Below are positions 39,584 to 49,761 of a stretch of 64,000 bases of DNA, one piece after another. The stretch is taken from positions 64,001 to 128,000 of the forward strand of contig JANNBC010000052.1 in assembly GCA_031385045.1 (NCBI GenBank). The letters are read 5' to 3'. The stretch's first letter is position 1, and the number at the start of each line of letters is the position of its first letter. The DNA comes from a bacterium. GTDB lineage: Bacteria; Bdellovibrionota_C; UBA2361; CALJRW01. Made by a program: the position numbers and the translations under genes. The notes under the pieces were generated by a model. It was not told the origin of the DNA. It made no database searches and saw only the letters and a program-made list of their open reading frames with translations.

Positions 39584-41566
39584 ATGTCTAATACCCACAC
39601 TCACAACTCCCAATTTGATCCCTTAACAAGTATTTTTGGTGAAAAAGCTGAAATTATTTGTAGTTTAATGGCGGGAGCATTACTGACAATCGGTTATCTA
39701 ATTGAGACTTTTTTTGAACTTCCCAAAATTATCAGTTTAACTTGTTACCTATTTAGTTATTTTTTAGGTGGATATTACACAATGCGTGAGGCAATTCACG
39801 CGCTTAGTCATGGTAAATTTGAAATAGATTTTTTAATGATTGTGGCGGCAATTGGTGCTGGAATTTTAGGAGCTTGGTCTGAGGGAGCATTATTATTATT
39901 TTTATTTAGTATGGGTCATGCTTTAGAGCATCGCGCATTGGACAAAGCTAAAAAATCAATTGAGGCTCTTGCCGGCTTAGCTGCTAAGACTGCACTTTTA
40001 AAAGTTGGTAGTGAGATTAAAGAAGTTTCTGTTCAAACATTAATTCCTGGAAATGTAATTTTAGTAAAACCAAATACAAAAATTGCGGCTGATGGTTACG
40101 TGCTCTCAGGAAGCAGTACCGTGAACCAAGCTCCAATTACAGGCGAAAGCATGCCAGTCGATAAGACGGCAGTGCCAGATGCTCAGGTAGAGCTGTCTAA
40201 AGTTACTAATCTTGATGCGAAATATCGAGTATTTGCAGGAACAATTAATGGTAATTCTTCCTTAGAAGTTGTTGTTACAAAGCTATCCGCTGATTCCACA
40301 CTCTCTCGCCTAATTAAGATGGTCAATGAGGCTCAACAGCAAAAATCAGATACACAAATTCTAACTGATAAAGTCGAAACTTATTATGTCCCAGCACTCC
40401 TATTTCTTGTTGTCTCACTTTGCTTGGCATTCCTTGTAATTGATGAAACATTTGCCGCCAGTTTTTATCGGGCGATTAGTGTGCTAGTTGCGGCAAGTCC
40501 TTGTGCTTTAGCAATTGCAACTCCCAGCGCTGTTTTGAGTGGAATAGCTCGCGCTGCTCGTGATGGTGTCTTAATTAAAGGGGGGCGTCCATTAGAAGAA
40601 CTTGGTCGACTGACAGCTCTGGCTTTAGATAAAACTGGAACATTAACTGAGGGAAAACCAAAATTGACTGACATAATTCCTTTTAATAATACTTCAGAAG
40701 CTGAGTTATTAAAAATAGTTATAGCAGTAGAAAGCCTTAGCAATCATCCCTTAGCTAAAGCAATTGTTAGCGCTGGAAAAGTAAAGCTTGGAAATTTAGA
40801 GATTCCGATGGCTACCGAATCTCAAGAAATTAATGGTAAAGGCTTATTTGCTCACGTTGAAAAGCAAGAAGTTTATATTGGAAATTTAGAATTATTTACT
40901 AGTGGAAATTTACCTCAGCCAAGTTCCGAGATCTTAATTCAAATGCAAACCCTGCAAAAATCAGGGCGAACTTCCATGTTAGTAATGTTTGCAGGGAACT
41001 ATATTGGATTACTGGGGATGATGGATGTGCCTCGTGCGGAAGCTAAAGAAGTTATTACTCAGCTAAAAACTTTGGGTATTAAAAAAATTATTATGCTCAC
41101 AGGAGACCATCAAGAAGTTGCCGAGGCAATTGCTAAAAGTGTTGGCATAACAGATGTCTATGGAAGTTTACTACCAGAAGAAAAAGTGATCGCTGTTAAA
41201 AAATTGCGGGAAACTGAAAAGCAATTAGCAATGGTTGGTGATGGGGTTAATGACGCTCCGGCGATGGCTAATAGTACGGTAGGAATTTCTATGGGTGCTG
41301 CCAGTAGTGATGTCGCTTTAGAAACTGCTGATATTGCCTTACTAGGTGATAATTTAAAATTACTACCTTTTGCTATTGGACTTAGCCGTAAAGCACATCA
41401 AATTATTCGACAGAACCTCGTGATTAGTTTGGGAATGGTAGCAATTTTATTACCATTAACAATTTTTGATATCGCGACGATTGGCCCCGCGGTGATCGCC
41501 CATGAAGGATCCACAATCATTGTAGTCTTAAATGCTTTAAGGCTACTTGGTTATCAGAAACAATAG
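39584..41566 (+). CDS. Heavy-metal P-type ATPase, P1B-4 subtype
   Basis: TGES, SPC, DKTGTLT, HP, GDGVNDAP, HEGST; no N-terminal metal-binding domain. Confidence 0.93.
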   Translation: MSNTHTHNSQFDPLTSIFGEKAEIICSLMAGALLTIGYLIETFFELPKIISLTCYLFSYFLGGYYTMREAIHALSHGKFEIDFLMIVAAIGAGILGAWSEGALLLFLFSMGHALEHRALDKAKKSIEALAGLAAKTALLKVGSEIKEVSVQTLIPGNVILVKPNTKIAADGYVLSGSSTVNQAPITGESMPVDKTAVPDAQVELSKVTNLDAKYRVFAGTINGNSSLEVVVTKLSADSTLSRLIKMVNEAQQQKSDTQILTDKVETYYVPALLFLVVSLCLAFLVIDETFAASFYRAISVLVAASPCALAIATPSAVLSGIARAARDGVLIKGGRPLEELGRLTALALDKTGTLTEGKPKLTDIIPFNNTSEAELLKIVIAVESLSNHPLAKAIVSAGKVKLGNLEIPMATESQEINGKGLFAHVEKQEVYIGNLELFTSGNLPQPSSEILIQMQTLQKSGRTSMLVMFAGNYIGLLGMMDVPRAEAKEVITQLKTLGIKKIIMLTGDHQEVAEAIAKSVGITDVYGSLLPEEKVIAVKKLRETEKQLAMVGDGVNDAPAMANSTVGISMGAASSDVALETADIALLGDNLKLLPFAIGLSRKAHQIIRQNLVISLGMVAILLPLTIFDIATIGPAVIAHEGSTIIVVLNALRLLGYQKQ

Positions 41567-41567
41567 C

Positions 41568-42671
41568 TTATTGCTCTAGCTTATGGATCACCTGTGGAAT
41601 ACCAGCATAAAGATTTAGATCATTAAATATAAATTGATATTCGCCAATTTTAATCCCAGATTTAATTTTTGAAATTGGATCTGCCTCAATTAGTCCCATG
41701 GCCAGTAACTTCATCGCATAATATCCTAAATCAGCATTGAGGTAGGGATCTTTGTGGTATTTCGCTTGGAATTTCTCAGTAAATGTTTGATCAAAAGCAG
41801 ATCGTTTACTGTAATAAATATTTTTAAAGGGAGTTAGATCTGCTAGTTTATCTCGTTGAACATCCGTGGCAATTGAGTTGGTGATAATATTTAAATCTGT
41901 CAGCCCAGCTTCTTTCAGTTTCTTTAGAATAGTTGCCAGACCAGCTGGTTGTCCATCAACATAAACAACATCAGGATTTAGTTTCTTAAGTTTTAGTATA
42001 ATATCACTAGCATTAGGAATATTAATGTCAGTATATTCTAGTTCTCCCACAAACTCTCGTCCTTCTTTAGAAAAAATAGCTTTCATGCTCTCGGCCAGCG
42101 TCGCCCCAAAACCCGAAGTGTAGCGAATGATGGCTCCCTTCTTCCAGCCTTGTTTAAGAATTAATGGTTCATAAATATTAATCCATTCACGAAGATCTCC
42201 TTGGAGTAGAAAATAGTTTTCCCCTAAGACAACATCTTTATTATATAGAGTTTCACAGGAGATTAACGGCAGTTTATCTTTTTCTGACTGCTTCACGATC
42301 GAATTAATCCACCATGAACCACCGAGAATCCCTTGCACCTGATTAATATTTTTTAATTTGCTGTATGCCAGAGCTGTATTCTTAGGCACAGATCCATCAT
42401 CCTCAACTTGTAAATCAATCATGATACCTTGAGTCTGAAGTTCATCTACTGCCAGCTTCGCACCTTCTAGCACTGCTGTACCATAATTGGCAGCAAAGGA
42501 ACTTAAGGAGCCAATGAAGCCAATTTTTATTTGCTTAGAATTTGTTTTTTCTTCAGCCCAAGTAGCTCTTGGACTTGGTGTAATAATTAGGAAAGTTAAA
42601 ACAATTCCTAGTAGTAATTTATTCATAGGGGGACTTTTAAAGTTGATCTTTAATGAACTTATCAGATTCAA
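41568..42671 (-). CDS. Type I periplasmic binding protein (LivJ/LivK-like)
   Basis: Signal peptide, IKIGFIGSLS..AANYG...G..LA, VEDD. Confidence 0.85.
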   Translation of the reverse strand: MNLISSLKINFKSPPMNKLLLGIVLTFLIITPSPRATWAEEKTNSKQIKIGFIGSLSSFAANYGTAVLEGAKLAVDELQTQGIMIDLQVEDDGSVPKNTALAYSKLKNINQVQGILGGSWWINSIVKQSEKDKLPLISCETLYNKDVVLGENYFLLQGDLREWINIYEPLILKQGWKKGAIIRYTSGFGATLAESMKAIFSKEGREFVGELEYTDINIPNASDIILKLKKLNPDVVYVDGQPAGLATILKKLKEAGLTDLNIITNSIATDVQRDKLADLTPFKNIYYSKRSAFDQTFTEKFQAKYHKDPYLNADLGYYAMKLLAMGLIEADPISKIKSGIKIGEYQFIFNDLNLYAGIPQVIHKLEQ

Positions 42672-42757
42672 TCATAAATCACATTAAAAAATATTAATCT
42701 ATTTTTGCAACTTAAAACTTTAAAAACCGATTAAATAGACATTACGCAGAAAGTGTC

Positions 42758-43432
42758 ATGAACTTATTTGACTATTTACTTCCAAATCGATGCCTAATTT
42801 GTAATTTTGAATGCTCTGCAAGTTTGTGCGCACAGTGTTATCCTGAAGTAATTAATTATCAGCTAAAACGTTGCCCCAAATGTTTTCGAGTCTGGGAATT
42901 ATTTGATGAGCGAGAAATCTGTGTGAAATGTCAGTTAAATCCATCTTTAATAACTAGGCGCAGATTTCTTTGGAACTATGGAGCTGTGACCAGAGATTTT
43001 CTAAATACTTTAAAGTATCGACCGAGTCGTAAGCTTTGTCAGATTGCTGCTGAAATTCTAGCTAGGCACCAAAGTAATTTATATCCTAATTATTCTTGGG
43101 ATTATAAACTGGCTATACCCAGTGATCGGAAGATGCTTTGGAAGCGTGGATTTAACCAAGTCGAGTTATTAATTAAACAACTAAAAGGTCAGGATCTAAC
43201 GCCACAAATTCAACACCTTGGATACCATGCCCCGCAATCTAAATTAAATCATCAACAGCGTCTGCAAAACGTTGCGCAAATCTTTAAATTGAAAGGTCGT
43301 TTGGACGGTAGCAAAGTATTACTAGTTGATGATATGGTAACAACAGGTGCAACAGTAGAGGCAATTAGCAAGGTGCTAAAGCAAGCTGGGGTTCAAGAAA
43401 TTTATTTATTATCATTATCATCAAAATATTAA
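42758..43432 (+). CDS. comF: ComF-family double Zn-ribbon phosphoribosyltransferase-like protein
   Basis: CxxC pairs, LKY, RGFNQ, LLVDDMVTTGAT. Confidence 0.9.
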   Translation: MNLFDYLLPNRCLICNFECSASLCAQCYPEVINYQLKRCPKCFRVWELFDEREICVKCQLNPSLITRRRFLWNYGAVTRDFLNTLKYRPSRKLCQIAAEILARHQSNLYPNYSWDYKLAIPSDRKMLWKRGFNQVELLIKQLKGQDLTPQIQHLGYHAPQSKLNHQQRLQNVAQIFKLKGRLDGSKVLLVDDMVTTGATVEAISKVLKQAGVQEIYLLSLSSKY

Positions 43433-43439
43433 ACCAAAT

Positions 43440-44201
43440 ATGAATGATCAAAAATTTACAGAATTAGTTGAGATTTTTAAGAGACTTCGTGACCCAGAAA
43501 AGGGATGTCCTTGGGATATTAAGCAGACTCATGAGTCCTTAGTGCAATATTTAATTGAAGAGAGTTACGAGTTAAAAGATGCCATTCAAAATCAGCCAGA
43601 TAAAATCCAAGAGGAGCTAGGGGACTTGTTATTACAAGTAATGCTTCATAGCCAGATTGCTAGTGATGAGGGGCGTTTCTCTGTTTACGAAGTTATTTCA
43701 ACTTTATCAGAAAAACTAATTGAGCGTCACCCGCACGTTTTTGGAGAGTTAGTCGTTAAAGATGCGGAAGAGGTCAAGAAAAATTGGGATAAAATTAAAA
43801 CGGATAAAAACAAAACTAGTCGCTTAGCAGGCATTCCTAAATCTGCTCCAGCTCTATTTCAGGCGGAGTTGATTGGAAAAAAAGTTGCTGCTGCTAATTT
43901 TGACTGGGAAGTGGTCAGCGAGATTAAGGTAAAGATCAAAGAGGAATTATTAGAATTCTTAGAAAGTGAACCTGGTAGTGCCCATGAATTTGAAGAGTTT
44001 GGGGATCTTTTGTTTACCTTGGCGCAGTACAGCCGCAAATTAAAATTTTCGGCAGAAGACTCCTTGCTTGCTGCCTGCACAAAATTTACAAAACGCTTTC
44101 AAGCAATGGAATTAATAGCAGGTCAAGATTTATCAGAGTTGCCTAAAGCGGAATTAGAAAAACTTTGGTCAAAAGTAAAACTTGCAGATTGTGGGAAGTG
44201 A
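43440..44201 (+). CDS. mazG: Nucleoside triphosphate pyrophosphohydrolase MazG
   Basis: GCPWD, EELGDLLLQ, RHPHVF, EEFGDLLF. Confidence 0.96.
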   Translation: MNDQKFTELVEIFKRLRDPEKGCPWDIKQTHESLVQYLIEESYELKDAIQNQPDKIQEELGDLLLQVMLHSQIASDEGRFSVYEVISTLSEKLIERHPHVFGELVVKDAEEVKKNWDKIKTDKNKTSRLAGIPKSAPALFQAELIGKKVAAANFDWEVVSEIKVKIKEELLEFLESEPGSAHEFEEFGDLLFTLAQYSRKLKFSAEDSLLAACTKFTKRFQAMELIAGQDLSELPKAELEKLWSKVKLADCGK

Positions 44202-45127
44202 ACTTGATCAAGACTTGGCAGGCTTGCAGAGTTAGTTAGCCTCCAAAACGAATTATAAAAAATATGATCAAGTTTTAGGTTTAAAAGCGGATTGTTAACC
44301 TTCCAAGTTTTAACAAAGCCTTTTCCCCAGAGAACATCCTTAGTCCTTTCTTTTGCTGTAAACCAATTATAGCAAAGACTATGTGGCGTAGCTAAGAAGC
44401 TTCCCACAACTATCTGTGGCTCTTGGCTATTCTTAACTACAGTTGCCAGTCTGCGACAGTAGGCTTTATTATTATGAAAATTACTTTCAATTAATGGGCT
44501 TAGTGCGTTAAAGAAAATAAAATTGGTGGTAATTGTTTGATTAAGTCTAATTTTAGCGATCAAATAATTAGGTAGCTCCTGCTCCTGATCAAAGTTTTGC
44601 TGGATATCCTCTAAGTCTAGTTGGCTAAAGATTAGTAAATCAAAATCATGTTTCTTGTAGTGTAAGACATTAATCTGCTCTGTGGTTTTAAGAGTTTGAA
44701 TTAAAGCCAAGCTAATCGTGGGATTATAGTTTTTGAGCAAAATTAAATTTGCTTGGCTATTTTTAATCTGCTTTTTTAATTCTTCTAAAGAATCTAGCGA
44801 TCCTAACTTTGCAAAATAAATATTAACTTTTGGTTCTTCAACTCCTGATGAGAACGGGGGATTTTCTGGATAGAAATAGAAATTTTTAATATCTGCAAAA
44901 ATACGATAATCAAGAACTAGCATCAGAGTAAGGCTAATTAGTAGGGATGCCTTTCTAAACTTTAATAATTTATAAAATAGGAATGCAGTTAAGATTAATT
45001 GAAAGCTTAGCAAATAGCCTTGTAGATTAGTGGCAATGTCGAGAAAGAAAGAAACTGGCGGAGCGTATGTTGCCAGGTTAAGAAACAGAGAGACACTAAT
45101 AGCTAATAGGATTAAGATTTTTTCCAA
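44123..45127 (-). CDS. Membrane-anchored endonuclease/exonuclease/phosphatase (EEP)-fold protein, degenerate
   Basis: Three N-terminal TM helices; IVVGSFLATP (GDFNxTP-like), TW, LDHIF. Confidence 0.65.
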   Translation of the reverse strand: MEKILILLAISVSLFLNLATYAPPVSFFLDIATNLQGYLLSFQLILTAFLFYKLLKFRKASLLISLTLMLVLDYRIFADIKNFYFYPENPPFSSGVEEPKVNIYFAKLGSLDSLEELKKQIKNSQANLILLKNYNPTISLALIQTLKTTEQINVLHYKKHDFDLLIFSQLDLEDIQQNFDQEQELPNYLIAKIRLNQTITTNFIFFNALSPLIESNFHNNKAYCRRLATVVKNSQEPQIVVGSFLATPHSLCYNWFTAKERTKDVLWGKGFVKTWKVNNPLLNLKLDHIFYNSFWRLTNSASLPSLDQVHFPQSASFTFDQSFSNSALGNSDKS

Positions 45128-45474
45128 TCAAATACACCTTTTCGCCAAACATAGATTAACCCAACGACTAAAACACCAATGAAACTTAAGACTCCTGCGA
45201 AAGCACTCCAGCCAAGGTTTAGAATATTTACTGCCCAAGGGTACATGAAAACAATTTCAATATCGAAAAGAATAAATAGGACAGCAATTAGATAGAAATT
45301 AATATTAAAACGAGTTTCGTTAACAGATCCAACTGGGTTAGATCCACACTCAAAGGGGCCTTGCTTAGTTTTAGTTTTATTTTGTGGGCCTAAAAAGATT
45401 GATAATAACAACATAGTTATTAGAAACCCAGAGGTGGCAATAATAAGAGTTAGGATACCAGCATATTCGTTCAT
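45112..45474 (-). CDS. nuoA: NADH-quinone oxidoreductase subunit A
   Basis: PFECG, FYLIAVLFILFDIEIVFMYPWA, WRKGVFDW. Confidence 0.95.
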   Translation of the reverse strand: MNEYAGILTLIIATSGFLITMLLLSIFLGPQNKTKTKQGPFECGSNPVGSVNETRFNINFYLIAVLFILFDIEIVFMYPWAVNILNLGWSAFAGVLSFIGVLVVGLIYVWRKGVFDWKKS

Positions 45475-45693
45475 GCCTTGAATATAATTTTAGCTGTTAA
45501 ATCAGTCAAGGAAGGCAAATTGCTGATAAATTATAGTCATCCCAAAAAATAATTTCCGTTAGGAAATTATAAAACACATCATGACTATAAAAGCGACCAG
45601 AGGGAGCCAAAAGACAAATAGTAAACCCAACTAGAAAAAACAGAGTTAAACCAAAGGTTTATCTATAAACTTAAATCCTTCAATTACTTCGGG

Positions 45694-46071
45694 GTGAAAA
45701 ATAAAAATACTGAGATAGTATATAGGCAACATATTTTTCGGAAAGCCTTTTTTGGGTTTACTATATCAGTAAATTCGCACACTGCTCCGAAGTATCTCAT
45801 AACAATATCACTTATGACTCCAACTACCGCTACATTAATGAAAAGATTAACTTTGCCGGGAGCGGTACTCCTTACTTCTGCCAGTCTTGGAGCTTTGGAT
45901 TTAAAGGATCTACCAGATGCTGTGACTAGTTCCTTTGCTCAGCATTCCCTTAATCTTGCTTTTGATACACCAATTAAGAATATCTTTTCTGGGGTAGGGG
46001 TAACTACAGGACTACTCGCGGTCATCCTAGTTGGTGCTGTTTGGCAAGCAGAAAGACGAAGTAACTATTAA
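45694..46071 (+). CDS. Small hypothetical membrane protein (start probably near 45814)
   Basis: Signal-like segment and C-terminal TM helix. Confidence 0.4.
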   Translation: MKNKNTEIVYRQHIFRKAFFGFTISVNSHTAPKYLITISLMTPTTATLMKRLTLPGAVLLTSASLGALDLKDLPDAVTSSFAQHSLNLAFDTPIKNIFSGVGVTTGLLAVILVGAVWQAERRSNY

Positions 46072-46231
46072 AGTTTAACCTTAGATCCGCATTCCTACAG
46101 ATTTCACTCTAAAATTAAAGTAATTACTAGTTTTTTTTAAGTACAATTACTCATAATCTTTTTGTTGTTTTGTATTATGAAAAGCATTACTCTAAATTTT
46201 TATCACTAAATATTTATAAAGTTACTATCAA

Positions 46232-47290
46232 ATGAAGAACCTACTGCTACTTTTCTTGGCAACTTTTCTTGCTACAAGTCTTTTGGCCCAGCCAGAGATA
46301 AAAATTGGTGCAGTCCTACCGCTTAGTGGTGATGCTCAAGCTTTTGGTCAAGAAGCACGGATGGCATTGGAGCATTCATTGGCAGATTTCCCCAATAAAA
46401 AATTTAAATATAAATTAATTTTTGAAAATGATCAGTTATCTCCGGCGAAAGCGTCTCTTGCTGCTAAAAAATTATTAGATATTGATGGAGCTAAAATAAT
46501 TTTTTCTAACTGGTCTTATGGTGGGAATGCTGTTGCAAGTACGCTTAAAAATAAACCTGCCATTAATTTAGCCTTTGCCTGGGATCAGCAAATCTTAGCT
46601 GTGGCTGATAATAATTTTATTATTTCTGGTGCTCCGGAACGTTTAGCTAAAGCTATTATTCAAAAGATTCAAGCTGAAGGTGGGAAAAGTATTATCTTAA
46701 TTGGTTTCCAAGAAGCTGGAGTAGAGTTCTCTTTTAATGCACTAGAAGCCTATGCTAAAGAAAATGGAATTAGCGTTTTAAAGAGAATTGAGACTAATCC
46801 CGCAGAAATTGCCGATTATCGTAGTCTTTTAACACAAGCAAAATCTTTAAAGCCAGATTATCTAGTTACTTGTTTAATTTATCCTCAGATGTTGGAGCTT
46901 TTTAAGCAAATGAAAATTTTAAAAGTTGATCTGCCCGTTAGTAGTATTGGCCAAGCACCTTTTGCTCCCGAATTTAAAACAATTCTTCCTAAAGTTTGGT
47001 GGTCTGTAGATTATCAAGCAAATGTTCAAGATTATCAGAAAATTAGAGAGCGAACGGGATTACAGGATTTTAGTGGCTATCCATCATACTACGAAGCGTT
47101 ACGCGCCATTCTTACAATTATGGAACGTGCCCCGTTAGATGCTATTCCGACAATTGAAAAAATCAGAGAAGACTTAGCAAGCTATCAACAAGAATCCTCT
47201 CTGCTGGGTAAGATTTATTATCAGAATCGTCACCTGCAAAGTGAAAATGTTGGCTTAGTTGATCAGTTAATTCGGTATAAGCCAAATTAA
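46232..47290 (+). CDS. Type I periplasmic binding protein (LivJ-like)
   Basis: Signal peptide, IKIGAVLPLSGD..AFG, FEND. Confidence 0.87.
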   Translation: MKNLLLLFLATFLATSLLAQPEIKIGAVLPLSGDAQAFGQEARMALEHSLADFPNKKFKYKLIFENDQLSPAKASLAAKKLLDIDGAKIIFSNWSYGGNAVASTLKNKPAINLAFAWDQQILAVADNNFIISGAPERLAKAIIQKIQAEGGKSIILIGFQEAGVEFSFNALEAYAKENGISVLKRIETNPAEIADYRSLLTQAKSLKPDYLVTCLIYPQMLELFKQMKILKVDLPVSSIGQAPFAPEFKTILPKVWWSVDYQANVQDYQKIRERTGLQDFSGYPSYYEALRAILTIMERAPLDAIPTIEKIREDLASYQQESSLLGKIYYQNRHLQSENVGLVDQLIRYKPN

Positions 47291-47421
47291 TATTTTTTCA
47301 TAACTTGTCTTGTAGAGTTAAGAGAGCAATTTGTTAATCTATTTTAAGCTAATTAGTTATTTATTACCTAAAAAACTAGATATTAGTTTGTTAGGTTATT
47401 TAATTATGTTACTTTTTAGTA

Positions 47422-48303
47422 ATGCTTCAGCTTGAACAACGTTTTTCACGAACCCCACAATTTACAGATCAACCGCTCGAAGTTAATTTTATCCGTCATG
47501 GCTTATCAGCTGGTAACTTTGTTAAGAAGCTTGTTAAGGAAGGAAAATTATCTGGTGAGAAACTTGCTCAACTACTGGAATTACTCCGAATTGATTGGGA
47601 TATTCCCTTAGTGCCTGCTGGAATTAAAGAAGCCCAGGAAATTGGACTGCGATTAAAAGATGATCCTTTTTTTGATCCAAAATCAATTGATGTTGTTGTG
47701 GTAGCAAATTATCGTCGTGCCCGTGAAACCGGCTATGAAATTATCAATGCTGCCGGAATAGATCCTAAGAAAGTTATCGAATTAAATCCCACGATTGCAG
47801 AACGGGATTGGGGAGATCATCATTTACAAGAAGCTGAAAAAATCCTTCGTGCTGAAAAGCTAAGAATAGAAGATCCTTTTTGCTGGTCACCAACGGATGG
47901 TGAGAATATGAGATTTGCACGCGAGCGTGTTCATCATGTATTTGGAACCTTTAATCGGCGTTTTGGTGGAAAACGAGTTTTAGCTCTTAGTCATGGAGAA
48001 TTTATTGTTTCAGCTAAGTCGGAAATCTGTCGAATTTATGATCAAGTTGCTTTTGGTCAGCTGATACAGCAAGGTATTCCCAACTGTGGCTTAGTGCAAT
48101 TTTCTCGCTTAAGCCCAGAGGGAGTTGAATCCAAAAGATATTCTCATATTCGACAATTGGCGGTAAAGTCTGCAGCTCATCAGGGAGATTGGTCAGGGGC
48201 CTGGCAGGAAATACAGCATCCTAAATATGATCTAAGTAATATTCGTGCTCCCGCAACAGATCGTTCTAAGGCAATCTTAGAATTGCTTGAAGAATTTTTA
48301 TAA
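47422..48303 (+). CDS. Histidine phosphatase (phosphoglycerate mutase-like) family protein
   Basis: FIRHG, RARET, ERDWG, GEN, SHG, PNC. Confidence 0.88.
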   Translation: MLQLEQRFSRTPQFTDQPLEVNFIRHGLSAGNFVKKLVKEGKLSGEKLAQLLELLRIDWDIPLVPAGIKEAQEIGLRLKDDPFFDPKSIDVVVVANYRRARETGYEIINAAGIDPKKVIELNPTIAERDWGDHHLQEAEKILRAEKLRIEDPFCWSPTDGENMRFARERVHHVFGTFNRRFGGKRVLALSHGEFIVSAKSEICRIYDQVAFGQLIQQGIPNCGLVQFSRLSPEGVESKRYSHIRQLAVKSAAHQGDWSGAWQEIQHPKYDLSNIRAPATDRSKAILELLEEFL

Positions 48304-48320
48304 TAATATTTTTGGGAAGT

Positions 48321-49580
48321 TTAGTGCCGAGCTCCTGTGTAGCGTAGTGTTTCTACTCCACCGTTGGTTTGTTCAATTAGGGACATGTTGTCGCGGTCGA
48401 ATTGCATTTTCATAACATTTCCCTGATCATTAAAGCTGTCTGTTACTGTTACAAATCCTGTTGTATTTAAAAAGATAAATAATTGTTTGCCATTAGGATT
48501 AATGTGTTGCTTGATTGCCGCCTGGCAAACCTGACATGGAAAACATCTCTGTTGATTGACCTGCGGATCGGGGTGGGGATTATAACTTCCTGAAAATAGG
48601 ATCATTCCATCAATTAGCCCTTGAGGTTTTTTCTTGAGCATTTCACTCATGGAAGCACGTTCACCGCAGAATCCTTGACCATTATTTCCGTAGTAGATAT
48701 TTGTTCCGGCGTAGATATGAGATCCCCCCAGAATCGCCGCTCCGTAAGCAGTTCCCCCAGAAGCAGAACGATGATGTTTAGCAAAGGCAGAGGCTAAGAT
48801 TGCTTTATGGTAAGCAGACTTAAGACGTTTTTTTTCAAAACTAGGATCAAAATTTGTAGCGATGATATCGTAGAGGGCATCAAAATCAACGTTAGTAATT
48901 TGTTCAATAACAGCAGGAGCTACAGCCCGGAGCAGGTTATCTAGTGAAAGATCTTTTCCGCTAAATTTTTCCCTAGGTAGGATACTTTCTAATTTTCTCA
49001 TCATATGGGAAGGCGATGCTGGATCTGCTTGGAAGGAAGGATTGCGCGCAGTTAGTACGTCGGTTGAACCGACTTGAATATTTCTTCCGTTATCGATTAA
49101 TTTAATATTATGAACTTCATGGTAAAATTCGCAAAGCATTAGATCTTCGCCACCCTCAATACAATATCCATTTTGGGACAATGTCAGCACTACAAGTTTA
49201 CTTCTAGTCGCATGGTTGTAAGAGCCTGAAGTTAGTATTTCTCCAAAGGCAGTCATGCCAAGTGGTAAGTCGGCAGTACCCATCCCACGCTGAACACGAA
49301 CACCTGCAGAAATTTTTCCATCATAAGTTATTAAACATAGTCCGTACTTTAGATGATGTGGATCAAATGCTTCACCAAAGCTTGTCTCTTTAGAATTAAT
49401 ACAATTCATTAAAGCTTGTTGAATTGTAAGATCAGGAACCTGATGACCAAAAATTTTATGAAGTTGGTTTTGAAGCTGTGCTACAAGCGGGGGAGTAATC
49501 AGTGGAGATCTACTGATTCCACCAGAGAATTTTTCACCTTCAAATGGAGCAAACAGTTGGTTATTAGGTGCAAATATCAT
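48321..49580 (-). CDS. Cytidine deaminase-like protein, two-domain
   Basis: C-terminal YGAAIL...IYAGTN...CGER...PCQVC zinc motif. Confidence 0.7.
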   Translation of the reverse strand: MIFAPNNQLFAPFEGEKFSGGISRSPLITPPLVAQLQNQLHKIFGHQVPDLTIQQALMNCINSKETSFGEAFDPHHLKYGLCLITYDGKISAGVRVQRGMGTADLPLGMTAFGEILTSGSYNHATRSKLVVLTLSQNGYCIEGGEDLMLCEFYHEVHNIKLIDNGRNIQVGSTDVLTARNPSFQADPASPSHMMRKLESILPREKFSGKDLSLDNLLRAVAPAVIEQITNVDFDALYDIIATNFDPSFEKKRLKSAYHKAILASAFAKHHRSASGGTAYGAAILGGSHIYAGTNIYYGNNGQGFCGERASMSEMLKKKPQGLIDGMILFSGSYNPHPDPQVNQQRCFPCQVCQAAIKQHINPNGKQLFIFLNTTGFVTVTDSFNDQGNVMKMQFDRDNMSLIEQTNGGVETLRYTGARH

Positions 49581-49761
49581 AGAAAAATTTTTTCTTTAGG
49601 AAGTAGATAATTATAGGGGATACTAGTTCTTAGTCAAAAAAACGAGATCCTTATAATGTAGGTAATCTCTTAAATGTGGAGGTTTCAATAAAAAAAATAC
49701 TTAAATCTTTTATATTTAGTCAATTGGGGATAACGATTTGTGCAAGGCTAAGTCAGTCGCC

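Noticed and set aside
45520..45735. Possible decayed minus-strand membrane-protein gene upstream of nuoA
   Set aside because: Hydrophobic frame with several stops and no recognisable homology; could be chance in AT-rich DNA
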